DNA from: an uncultured virus (IMG/VR IMGVR_UViG_3300045930_000291)
Taxonomy: Duplodnaviria > Heunggongvirae > Uroviricota > Caudoviricetes
IMG/VR virus record: IMGVR_UViG_3300045930_000291
DNA length: 20,000 bases
Direction: 5' to 3' (one strand)
Shown: piece by piece, positions 1-7,258 of the stretch
Numbering within the stretch: position 1 is the stretch's first letter
Layout of the letters: each line of letters opens with the position of its first letter
Position numbers and translations under genes: made by a program
Notes under the pieces: model-generated
Seen by the model: only the letters and a program-made list of their open reading frames with translations
Database searches by the model: none
Told to the model about the DNA's origin: nothing

Positions 1-1
1 C

Positions 2-247
2 GTGCCGGGCGAGTTGGAGGTGGCGACGACCGCGTATCAGGCCGCCCTCAGGCGCCGAGATGACGCGCACGCCGAGTTGGCCCGCGCCAGGGCGGACGTG
101 CCGGTTACGCGCCAGCGGCTGGCCCGGGCCATCGTCGCGGCCTACGTGAACGACTACGCCCGGGTAAACGACTTGGCCCGCGCTACGGGCTATGGCCGTG
201 AGCAGGTACGTAGGATCTTGCGCGCGGCCGGAGTGGACCCCGACTGA
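2..247 (+). CDS. Small helix-turn-helix DNA-binding protein (start may lie upstream of window)
   Basis: C-terminal RVNDLARATGYGREQVRRIL has an HTH pattern, preceded by a long amphipathic helix; codon usage is GC3-rich. Confidence 0.7.
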   Translation: MPGELEVATTAYQAALRRRDDAHAELARARADVPVTRQRLARAIVAAYVNDYARVNDLARATGYGREQVRRILRAAGVDPD

Positions 248-633
248 CCTCAGCCGTTTGGGCCGAATCCGGTTTACCGACCGTTCACTTCTGGTGTCGG
301 TCGTGCGGTCTGATCCGGAGGCGATTGCTCCAGAACCGCAGGTCAGACACCTAGTGAAGACGATCTATTGACTTCCGCGCCAACCTAGTCACGACCCGTT
401 GGCGCACAATCCACCGATCATCCGATCCCGCTACCAGCCAAAACGTGAGGGGTGCATACAACGGTGACCGGGTGTAGACAGGTGGGCACACCTTGACACC
501 CGTCCTCGCCCCGGGATGTAACACCCTGCCGGTCACCAGCGATATGAGCCGAAGGGGGTGTCGGGGTGGAGGGCTCACAACCTTCTACCTGGGCCAACGA
601 CCTAGGGCCATTCGCCTGATCGGAGGTTTGACC

Positions 634-1062
634 TTGACTGCCCTTAGGTGGCTGTACATTGCCGTCACCGCCGCCGTCGCCTATGTGATCCACCTCGTGT
701 ATGCACATCTTGCTGACAGCCCGGTACTGCCACCACGACTCAACACGCTCGCCCTGGACATCCTCGTCGCCGGGGTGGTGATCGCCGCGGTTGTGGTGGT
801 CGTACTGCCGGTCATCGGCCGTATCGAACGACGGCTGGATGCCATCACCAACAACCAGGCCGCCCACGGCGCCCACTTGGACGAGATCACCAGGGACCTG
901 CCCATCCGGGGCGTGGCCAGGGTGTACTACATCCCCTCGGACAAGCAGCGGGTGCCGTCGCTGCCGCCCGTGGATACGACCTATCTTGCCGAGGCGGCCG
1001 AGTACTACGAACTCGGCCGGCAGGCGGGTCTCGCCACCCGGGACGACCCGCCGATCGGTTGA
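634..1062 (+). CDS. Putative membrane protein with two TM helices
   Basis: Lies within ORF 493..1062. GGAGG at 622-626 favours a TTG start at 634. Hydrophobic segments are WLYIAVTAAVAYVIHLVY and ILVAGVVIAAVVVVVLPVI. Confidence 0.7.
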   Translation: MTALRWLYIAVTAAVAYVIHLVYAHLADSPVLPPRLNTLALDILVAGVVIAAVVVVVLPVIGRIERRLDAITNNQAAHGAHLDEITRDLPIRGVARVYYIPSDKQRVPSLPPVDTTYLAEAAEYYELGRQAGLATRDDPPIG

Positions 1063-1088
1063 TCTCCCCCAAGGGACCCCCAAACGGA

Positions 1089-1118
1089 GTCAGCCCCGGT
1101 CGGTAGACCGGGGCTGAC
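1089..1118. terminator. Hairpin, probable terminator (replacement terminator for the target tRNA, possibly bidirectional)
   Basis: Perfect 13-bp inverted repeat GTCAGCCCCGGTC-GGTA-GACCGGGGCTGAC between convergent transcription units, just 3' of the tRNA fragment on the minus strand. Confidence 0.8.
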
Positions 1119-1141
1119 CTGCGCAAAGATAGATCAAAGAG

Positions 1142-1167
1142 TGGGGTGACTGAGGGGACTCGAACCC
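1142..1167 (-). other. att core: 3' fragment of a tRNA, probably tRNA-His (not a complete tRNA)
   Basis: Minus strand reads GGGTTCGAGTCCCCTCAGTCACCCCA: T-loop TTCGAGT, 3' acceptor strand, discriminator C and CCA. C73 is characteristic of bacterial tRNA-His. The upstream sequence does not complete the T-stem. Confidence 0.85.
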
Positions 1168-1225
1168 GAAAACAGGCCCAGGTCAGAGGTCTGACAACGC
1201 GGCTGACCTGCACCCATAGGGTCTG

Positions 1226-1255
1226 TCGAGGTACCTCGGGGTACGTCGGGGTACG
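1226..1255. repeat. Three tandem 10-bp repeats in the att arm (candidate Xis/accessory protein sites)
   Basis: TCGAGGTACC / TCGGGGTACG / TCGGGGTACG, with a period of about one helical turn. Confidence 0.6.
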
Positions 1256-1284
1256 CCGTTCCCCCCAGTGGACCCCCAAGTGGA

Positions 1285-2454
1285 TCACAGGTCGGTCAGC
1301 TCCTCCGCGACCTCGGCGTCGAGCTCGTCCGCCGCGATCTCCCTCAGCGCCTCCGCCACCGCGTCGAGGATGCCCTGATCGACCTCCTCGCGCAGGTGCC
1401 CGTACAGCGCGTCGGTGACCGCGATCGACGAGTGGCCGAGCCGGCGGGAGATCGCCGACAGTGGCCGGTTCGCGGCAATCAGCATGGCCGCGTGGGTGTG
1501 GCGCAGGTCGTGCACCCGCAGCCCGTCGAGTCCGGCCCGGGCACAGGTGGCCAGCCAGATCCGCCGGAAGTTCCGGGTCCGGATCATGTTCCCCAGCACT
1601 GTGGTGAACACGACCTCGTCGCCGTCCTTCCCGACCAACAACGGAGCCAACCGCAGCGCGACCGTGGTCGGGAACGAGACGGTGCGCCGCGACCGGGCCG
1701 ACTTCGGGGAGGAGAAGTACAGGTCGGATCCGGATCCGGGCCGCTCCTGCAGCTGCTCCTCGACCCGCAGCTGGGGCCGGGCCGCGAGCAGGTCGACCCG
1801 CCGCACCTTCAGCCCGATCGCCTCACCCCACCGCAGCCCGGTCGCCACCAGCAGCAGCACCAGCGGACGCCAGTGCTCGGGCATCGCGGAGATCAGCCGG
1901 CCGATCTCCGGGTCCGACAGGAACCGCATCTCCTTCGGTTCCCGCTTCGGCAGCGACTTGCCGGTGGACACGCACGGGTTGATGCGGATCCGCCGCGCCG
2001 CGACGGCGGCGTCGAGGATGGTGTGCAGCACGCCGTGCACGTTGTGGACAGTCTTCGGGGCCAGCCGCCTGCGCGCGCCGTGGGTGCTCGGCCACGGACC
2101 GAGGCCGTCGGAGAGGTCGGACAGCCACTGCAGGATGACCACCGAGTCCAAGTCGTCCAGCACGTACCCGCCCAGCAGCGGCCGGATGTGGTTGCGGACC
2201 CTGGCGCCCTCAGAGTGGGCGGACGTGTCCTTGAGGCTGCGTTCGTAGTGCGGCCACCACTCGTCGATCCAGTCGTCGAGGGTGATCGTCCCACCCCGAG
2301 GCAGGAGGGCGTCGCCGCGTAGCACGTCGGCCGCGAGTAGCTTCATCCCGTCGTTGGCGGCGGCCTTGGTGCGGTAGCCGCCGGCGATGGTGACCTTGCG
2401 TCCGCCGCGCTCGTCGCGGATGCGGAACTTCTTGCCGTGCGGCTCAACCCACAT
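1285..2454 (-). CDS. int: Tyrosine recombinase / phage integrase
   Basis: Catalytic motifs TGLRWGE (R), PKS (K), VHDLRHTHA (HxxR), LGH and ALYGH (Y); 389 aa with an N-terminal arm-binding region; adjacent to the att core. Confidence 0.97.
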   Translation of the reverse strand: MWVEPHGKKFRIRDERGGRKVTIAGGYRTKAAANDGMKLLAADVLRGDALLPRGGTITLDDWIDEWWPHYERSLKDTSAHSEGARVRNHIRPLLGGYVLDDLDSVVILQWLSDLSDGLGPWPSTHGARRRLAPKTVHNVHGVLHTILDAAVAARRIRINPCVSTGKSLPKREPKEMRFLSDPEIGRLISAMPEHWRPLVLLLVATGLRWGEAIGLKVRRVDLLAARPQLRVEEQLQERPGSGSDLYFSSPKSARSRRTVSFPTTVALRLAPLLVGKDGDEVVFTTVLGNMIRTRNFRRIWLATCARAGLDGLRVHDLRHTHAAMLIAANRPLSAISRRLGHSSIAVTDALYGHLREEVDQGILDAVAEALREIAADELDAEVAEELTDL

Positions 2455-2839
2455 CGGGTCCGCCGACGAGGTCGATCATCGCCTGGGTGGCCTCGAGCTC
2501 GCGCGCCCGCCGTTCGCGGACGTGGGCGATCATCCTGGCTTTCTGCGGGTCGGACAGCCTGGAGCCGAGGATCACCCGCAGTTCCGGGTCGCTGATGTCG
2601 GGGCTTCCGATGATGTTGCCAGCGGCGAACATGGCCAGGGCCATGTCCACGTCCAGCGCTGCGGCGATCGCGCGGACGCTCGCGACGTTGAGCGAACGAC
2701 CGCCAAACCGGATCCAGTCAAAGATCGTCCCCCGGGCGATCCCGGACTCTCGTGCCAATCTGGCGACACTCCACCCCGGCTGCGAGGTCATCGAGCGGAG
2801 GAACCGCGACCATGCGTCGGGGCCCTCGACAGTCGCCAT
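2444..2839 (-). CDS. XRE-family HTH immunity repressor (CI-like)
   Basis: GWSVARLARESGIARGTIFDW is an XRE HTH. The gene overlaps the int start and is divergent from cro. ATG 2839 is preferred over the ORF-track start 3034 because the extension spans the intergenic switch. Confidence 0.85.
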   Translation of the reverse strand: MATVEGPDAWSRFLRSMTSQPGWSVARLARESGIARGTIFDWIRFGGRSLNVASVRAIAAALDVDMALAMFAAGNIIGSPDISDPELRVILGSRLSDPQKARMIAHVRERRARELEATQAMIDLVGGPDVG

Positions 2840-3111
2840 GCGTAGACAATATGTGTCGCTCCACCTGCGCGGATAGGTCGGTGGACGTCCTCTCCCGGTG
2901 ACGGTTGCCCGGGGACTGGCGTGTCCCCTGACCCGGTTCTTGCGCCCTGCCCACTCGCGCTCTCTGTGTCGCATATGGGCGACTGTAACTCTCACCCTTT
3001 TAACGCGCGACTGACCGAACGGGTGAATCGTCACTCGTAGGGGTCGTTACTTGCGTCATGTCTTGGTGACGGTTTAGTCTCTTCGCCATGGCAGCGACAT
3101 CTCTAGGTGAC
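2832..3111. promoter_or_regulatory. Lysis/lysogeny switch region with 16-bp operator-like sites GTC-N10-GAC
   Basis: GTCGCCATGCGTAGAC 2832-2847, GTCCTCTCCCGGTGAC 2887-2902, GTCGCATATGGGCGAC 2968-2983, GTCATGTCTTGGTGAC 3055-3070; degenerate copies at 3030-3045 and 3096-3111. Confidence 0.65.
3051..3080 (+). promoter_or_regulatory. Rightward early promoter (HrdB/SigA type), probably leaderless transcript
   Basis: TTGCGT (3051-3056), 18-nt spacer, TAGTCT (3075-3080), then 7 nt to ATG 3088; no Shine-Dalgarno. Confidence 0.7.
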
Positions 3112-3357
3112 GGTCTCGACCTCGACAACGAGGTTGAGGCCGTTTTGCGTGTGGAGGTCTACCGCGCGTTCGTGGCCGCCCGCGGCATCACGAGCGTCAC
3201 CGCAATGGCTGCCCTGCACGGGATCAGCCGCCAGCACATGCACCGACTGCTCAACGGCGAGCGCACCGCGAGCCTCTCGCTCGCGATGCACATCGCCCGT
3301 CAGTTCAACACGACGGTCGAGGCGCTGTTCGAGCTGAAGAAGGCGAGGGCGGCGTGA
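3088..3357 (+). CDS. Cro-like XRE HTH regulator
   Basis: SVTAMAALHGISRQHMHRLLNGERTASLSLAMHIARQFNTTVEALF is a typical HTH_3 pattern; first gene divergent from the repressor. Confidence 0.88.
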   Translation: MAATSLGDGLDLDNEVEAVLRVEVYRAFVAARGITSVTAMAALHGISRQHMHRLLNGERTASLSLAMHIARQFNTTVEALFELKKARAA

Positions 3358-3614
3358 TGTACGACCTCACCGAGGCGGCGTGCCAGCTCTGCGTGAGCCG
3401 CGAGTGGCTGCGCAAGCAGGTCACCGCTGAGCGGGTCGCGTGCACCCGCCTCGGTCGGAAGGTGCTCTTCACCGACGAGCAGATCTCGCAGATCATCGCC
3501 GATCACGTGCAGCCCGTGGCCAACCATCGACCGCGGCTGTCCACCGACGCAACCCCGGCAGCCGGGCAGGCCAACCCAGCCAACCAAATCGACGAGCGCG
3601 GCGAGTTGAGATGA
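3354..3614 (+). CDS. xis: Excisionase-like HTH_17 DNA-binding protein
   Basis: YDLTEAACQLCVSREWLRKQV...TRLGRKVLFTDEQI matches the Xis/HTH_17 pattern; follows cro with a GTGA overlap. Confidence 0.82.
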   Translation: MMYDLTEAACQLCVSREWLRKQVTAERVACTRLGRKVLFTDEQISQIIADHVQPVANHRPRLSTDATPAAGQANPANQIDERGELR

Positions 3615-3691
3615 GCCGCCGCCGCCTATACCCCGCACCGCCGACCTCCCCCGGCGTCGGTGCGGTGCGCCAGCCCCTCCCCCCGGGCTGA
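3611..3691 (+). CDS. Possible 26-aa peptide MSRRRLYPAPPTSPGVGAVRQPLPPG
   Basis: ATGA overlap with the xis stop; lies over the first two hairpins of the structured segment. Confidence 0.35.
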   Translation: MSRRRLYPAPPTSPGVGAVRQPLPPG

Positions 3692-3873
3692 GCGCAAGGG
3701 GGGCCCAGCCGTTCTGAGGGGTGCGGACGGGCCCCCCACCTCAAGACGTGGGGGAGCCGGAAACTACCGATCCACGGGATGGGCACTCGGCCAGCCGGCT
3801 CCCCCACACCGCAAGACCTGAAGACGACCGAGGACCCGAACCGGTCAGCACCCGGCCGGGCCCTCTCGAAGAC
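3633..3873 (+). other. Array of five consecutive stem-loops (putative structured RNA element)
   Basis: Inverted repeats at 3633-3665, 3666-3696, 3698-3737, 3748-3807 (perfect 13 bp) and about 3829-3868 (imperfect). Confidence 0.6.
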
Positions 3874-3898
3874 CAGATGACACAAGGAGATGGTCAAC

Positions 3899-4756
3899 GT
3901 GACAACCACTCTACCGGCCACACAGGACGAAGGCGCGACCATCGGCGTCGAGCTGTACGGCGACGAGCACCAAACCTGGCTCGGCCGCCATCCGATTGCA
4001 CCGTATCGCCAGCCCGGCGAGCCGACGATCGTGCGCCGCCGCGCCGGCCAGATCGCGGCAGTGTTCCCCGCGGCCGGCAGTGTCGAGGAACTCGACGTGA
4101 TTGCTGCCGGCCTGGCTCCGACGTGGACGTGCCGGCACATCCCCGCCGTCGTCGGCAAGATATGGGCCTGCCCCGAACAGGGCTGCGGCTACCACATCGC
4201 CGACGGCCCGGCCCCGGACGATGAACTGTCCACCTTGGAGCTGATCCGCGAGCACCTCGAACAGCACGAGCGCGATCGGGCTCCCGGCCCGTACGCCGGG
4301 GTTGCGGCCGAACTACGGCGTATCGCCGACGACCTCGCCACGATCACCGGCGACCAGTCGGTGCTCGGGGTCAGGCTAACCGTCTACGTGCCCTACGGCC
4401 TCCGCAACGCGAGCGACGCCCGCACTGCCGATCTGGTTGACCCGGTGGCGTTGGCCCTGACGGGTGAGTCCGGCCAGGCCGAGCGGGCGGGCGCCGGCTG
4501 GCACCACCAGGCCAGTTGTGACCGTGGCCCCGTGAACGTCTGGGTGTACGGCACCATCGCAGATCCGACCGTGCGGGAACAGGACGCCGAGCTGGAGCGG
4601 CTGCGCGCGGAGAACGACGCACTGCGCTTGGCTGCAGGTCAGTCGGGCCCAAAGGCTGTATCTGCCGCTGCCACGAGCGTGGACCCCGCCGACCCTATCG
4701 GCTCTGCCTCCGGTGTGGCCTCCTCGGGTGACGCCGCCGGGTCGGTGTCCCAGTGA
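3899..4756 (+). CDS. Hypothetical phage protein with C2H2-like Zn-finger segment and C-terminal coiled coil
   Basis: AAGGAG at 3884-3889 favours GTG 3899; contains CPEQGC...EHLEQH and ELERLRAENDALR. Confidence 0.75.
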   Translation: MTTTLPATQDEGATIGVELYGDEHQTWLGRHPIAPYRQPGEPTIVRRRAGQIAAVFPAAGSVEELDVIAAGLAPTWTCRHIPAVVGKIWACPEQGCGYHIADGPAPDDELSTLELIREHLEQHERDRAPGPYAGVAAELRRIADDLATITGDQSVLGVRLTVYVPYGLRNASDARTADLVDPVALALTGESGQAERAGAGWHHQASCDRGPVNVWVYGTIADPTVREQDAELERLRAENDALRLAAGQSGPKAVSAAATSVDPADPIGSASGVASSGDAAGSVSQ

Positions 4757-5151
4757 CCCGCCCGGTGGACCCGCTGTGCGAGCGGCTGCGTGAGATCCGC
4801 CAGCGCGCTGGTCTGTCGCTGCAGCAGGTGCAGGAAAAGTCCGCGGGCCGGTGGAAGGCGGTGGTGGTCGGTTCGTGGGAGCGCGGCGACCGGACGCCCA
4901 CCGTACGCGGCGCGCGGGAACTGTTGGACTTCTACGGCTTCCGGCTGGAGGTGCTTGGTCCGGACGATGTGGTGGCTCGCCACGGCGCGGACGGGGGGTC
5001 CAGTGTGGACTACTTCGTCGTGTACGGCGGCGGTTCGATCCCGTGCGCAGACTTCAGTGAGGCCGAGGCGATCGCGTCACACATGCCCGGCTCGCGGGTG
5101 GCGTACCGGACGCGGACGGTGGGCGATCTGGTGCTGGTCGGTGCGTCGTGA
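4753..5151 (+). CDS. BldD-like XRE regulator (BldD DNA-binding domain with an unrelated C-terminus)
   Basis: LREIRQRAGLSLQQVQEKSAGRWKAVVVGSWERGDRTPTV..ELLDFYG closely matches the BldD N-terminal signature GLSL..VEEKS.GRWKAVVVGSYERGDR...DFYG; GTGA overlaps at both ends. Confidence 0.88.
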   Translation: MTRPVDPLCERLREIRQRAGLSLQQVQEKSAGRWKAVVVGSWERGDRTPTVRGARELLDFYGFRLEVLGPDDVVARHGADGGSSVDYFVVYGGGSIPCADFSEAEAIASHMPGSRVAYRTRTVGDLVLVGAS

Positions 5152-5759
5152 CCCTCAGTACGGACGTATACGTCCTCGACGAAGTCGACCCAGCCGAGGT
5201 GTTCCGCTTCTGCCAAGGGCTGTTGACCAAGTACGACAACCCGCGCCACATGCCGCCGCGACTGCAGCGGGTACGCGACGAGCAGGATACGTCGTACACC
5301 GGCACCCCGGGAGAGTTTGAGGTCCGACCGGGCAACCCGTGGTCTCGCGACAACGAACCGCAGCAAGGGCTGCCAGCGTGGCTCATGACCTCGTACCGGC
5401 CCGACGGTCCCCTTCGGGCCGAAGTGGCTGGCCACGATGACGACTGCGACGAGGACTGCACCGGCAATTACCACGACCGCGCATGCTGGATGTCGATCGA
5501 CTTTGACACGGCGTACGGCTACCGCGACGGCCGTGGCTGGGGATGCGGCGACCTGCACGCGGCCATGGTGTCCGAACTCGGTGCCTGGCTCACGACTAAG
5601 GGCGTCCGCTGGGAGTGGCGCAACGAGTTCACGGGCGAGGTCCACACCGGACCCGACGGGTTGACCGAACTCGGTAAGGCCGGAGCGGAGGCACAGGACT
5701 GGTTCCGCACCGCCGTTCTTCCCGCCATCGACGCCAGCCTGTCGGGCGGTGGTTCATGA
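5148..5759 (+). CDS. Hypothetical phage protein
   Basis: 203-aa ORF coupled to its neighbours, GC3-rich, with a small Cys/His/acidic cluster HDDDCDEDCTGNYHDRAC. Confidence 0.8.
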   Translation: MTLSTDVYVLDEVDPAEVFRFCQGLLTKYDNPRHMPPRLQRVRDEQDTSYTGTPGEFEVRPGNPWSRDNEPQQGLPAWLMTSYRPDGPLRAEVAGHDDDCDEDCTGNYHDRACWMSIDFDTAYGYRDGRGWGCGDLHAAMVSELGAWLTTKGVRWEWRNEFTGEVHTGPDGLTELGKAGAEAQDWFRTAVLPAIDASLSGGGS

Positions 5760-5965
5760 CCCCCGTCGCCCGTCTCCTCGCCCAGCATCACGCCGGCATG
5801 CTCACCACCAGCCAGCTCATCGACGGGCTGCGCCGCGAGGGTGTGGCCAACCCTGAGGGGCTGGCCAACGACCGGAGCCTGCCGGACCCGTCGTCGTGCG
5901 GGTTCGAGCAGCGCGCAGCCGTCCACATTGAGCGGTCGCCGCTACTCGGCGGGTGGGTGCGATGA
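5756..5965 (+). CDS. Small hypothetical protein
   Basis: ATGA overlaps at both ends. Confidence 0.65.
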   Translation: MTPVARLLAQHHAGMLTTSQLIDGLRREGVANPEGLANDRSLPDPSSCGFEQRAAVHIERSPLLGGWVR

Positions 5966-6306
5966 CGACCCCGAACGACGCCGTGTACAACTGGCTGCGC
6001 ACCTACGCCAGCCGTTACCTCGACACCGACGTACCGGTAGAGGACCTGGCCCGGATCGCTGATATGGCGGTTGCGGGCCTGCGTGACGCGGGCCTGCTAA
6101 ACCGGGGCGAGACGACGCCGCGAACCTTCGCACTTCCGGAGATGCCGGCAGACGTGGTGGCAGTAAAGGACCGCGGGGGAAGGACGTGGCGTCGATATGA
6201 GCCCGGTGACGATTTCTGGGTCAACGACGGAAGCATCGTCGGCCACTCGTCGATTCAGCTGATAGCCACCCGGGGTCCACTCACTGAGGTGGTGGACTCG
6301 TCGTGA
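5962..6306 (+). CDS. Hypothetical phage protein
   Basis: ATG 5962 overlaps the previous stop; C-terminal VVAVKDRGGRTWRR...RGPLTEV module. Confidence 0.75.
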   Translation: MTTPNDAVYNWLRTYASRYLDTDVPVEDLARIADMAVAGLRDAGLLNRGETTPRTFALPEMPADVVAVKDRGGRTWRRYEPGDDFWVNDGSIVGHSSIQLIATRGPLTEVVDSS

Positions 6307-6638
6307 CCCCCACCTCCACCGCCTTCACCGTGCTCGCCGTCATCGCCTGCCTCGCCGCATCCGGCATCGGCCTGTGGTGGGCCATCAGCCGCGCCGCGCG
6401 GGAATTGACAACCGCCGACACCGAAACTGACGGCGACCTGACCGAGGTCATCCCGTGGGCCGACCTCACGCAACCCCCACGGCGTGAGGTGCCCGACTGG
6501 CTCGATCACCAGGACGAGTGCGACGAAGAGTTCGACGACCTTGTCGTCGCGCTGATCGAAACCGATCAGCCCTGGGTCGACGCCTTCGAGGCGCTCGGCG
6601 AAAGGCTGCGCGACTACGACCCGGAGGAGTCCCGATGA
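6303..6638 (+). CDS. Membrane-anchored acidic hypothetical protein
   Basis: N-terminal TM segment AFTVLAVIACLAASGIGLWWAI followed by a D/E-rich tail. Confidence 0.75.
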   Translation: MTPTSTAFTVLAVIACLAASGIGLWWAISRAARELTTADTETDGDLTEVIPWADLTQPPRREVPDWLDHQDECDEEFDDLVVALIETDQPWVDAFEALGERLRDYDPEESR

Positions 6639-7258
6639 CCGTACTGATCCCATGGTGGGCCCAAGCCGCTGCCGTGCCACTGCTCATCACATTCGGCTGG
6701 TGCGCCGCATACTCCCGCCTGTGGTGGATGCGAGAGCAGGTCGCCGACCAGAAAGCTGACCTAGCCCGGCTCACCACTTGGGCCCCGACGACGGCCGAGC
6801 CCCGCGAGCCGGGCGCCACGCTGTGGCCGAAGCCGTTGCACCCGCGCGACCGGGAACGACTGCTCGCGTTCGCCAACCGGGGTGCACTACCAGCGGTGCC
6901 GGCGCCGCCGCGTCTGCGCCGCCCGGATCCGCTGTGGGAACCGCACGACACCGGGGTGGGTCGGCGTTGGGTGCCGGCAGCTGCGCGGCCGACATGGCGG
7001 CAGCGAATCCGCACCGCCATGCGGCTGTGGCTGGCCCGGGCGAAGCGGTACGTACCGATGGTGGGTGCACCTGGACGGCACCGCGCTGACCTTTCGTGGT
7101 CATCGCGGCCGGACGAAAAGGTGTCGGTCCAGCCAACTCCTGAACCCACCGTCGTCGAGGTGATCGCGGCCGAGCCCCACGCCGACGACTTCGACCGGGC
7201 GTTCCGTGAGATGGAGGCCGGGCTGCTGGCCACGATCGCTAGGGGCGGTGCCCGATGA
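6635..7258 (+). CDS. Membrane-anchored Pro/Arg-rich hypothetical protein
   Basis: GGAGGAG RBS then ATG 6635 (ATGA overlap); N-terminal hydrophobic segment. Confidence 0.7.
   Translation: MTVLIPWWAQAAAVPLLITFGWCAAYSRLWWMREQVADQKADLARLTTWAPTTAEPREPGATLWPKPLHPRDRERLLAFANRGALPAVPAPPRLRRPDPLWEPHDTGVGRRWVPAAARPTWRQRIRTAMRLWLARAKRYVPMVGAPGRHRADLSWSSRPDEKVSVQPTPEPTVVEVIAAEPHADDFDRAFREMEAGLLATIARGGAR

Larger units (their letters stand above)
1066..1284. other. attP: Phage attachment region (probable attP) with core and arm-type repeats
   Basis: Core at 1142-1167. Related repeats CCCCCAAGGGACCCCCAA (1066-1083) and CCCCCAGTGGACCCCCAAGTGGA (1262-1284) flank it on both sides, and CTGACCTG motifs also occur on both sides. 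The region is directly downstream of the integrase stop. Confidence 0.8.

Noticed and set aside
1142..1215. Complete tRNA gene
   Set aside because: Only the T-loop to CCA is present. The T-stem 5' side pairs for just 3 bp, and no D or anticodon arm is evident.
2840..3034. N-terminal extension of the repressor given by the ORF track
   Set aside because: It runs through the operator/promoter region. A -10-like box sits just before ATG 2839, and the HTH domain begins right after it.
2984..3050. BldD box in the switch region
   Set aside because: Only half-site-like TCAC/TNAC sequences are present; I found no clean match to the TNACNCWGNGTNA consensus by eye.
3633..3873. CRISPR or mini-array, or tRNA cluster
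   Set aside because: The hairpins differ in sequence, the only shared motif is 5 nt, and there is no cloverleaf or T-loop consensus.
4753..5151. Assigning the gene symbol bldD
   Set aside because: It lacks the c-di-GMP-binding C-terminal domain and sits in a phage operon, so it is a partial homologue rather than the orthologue.
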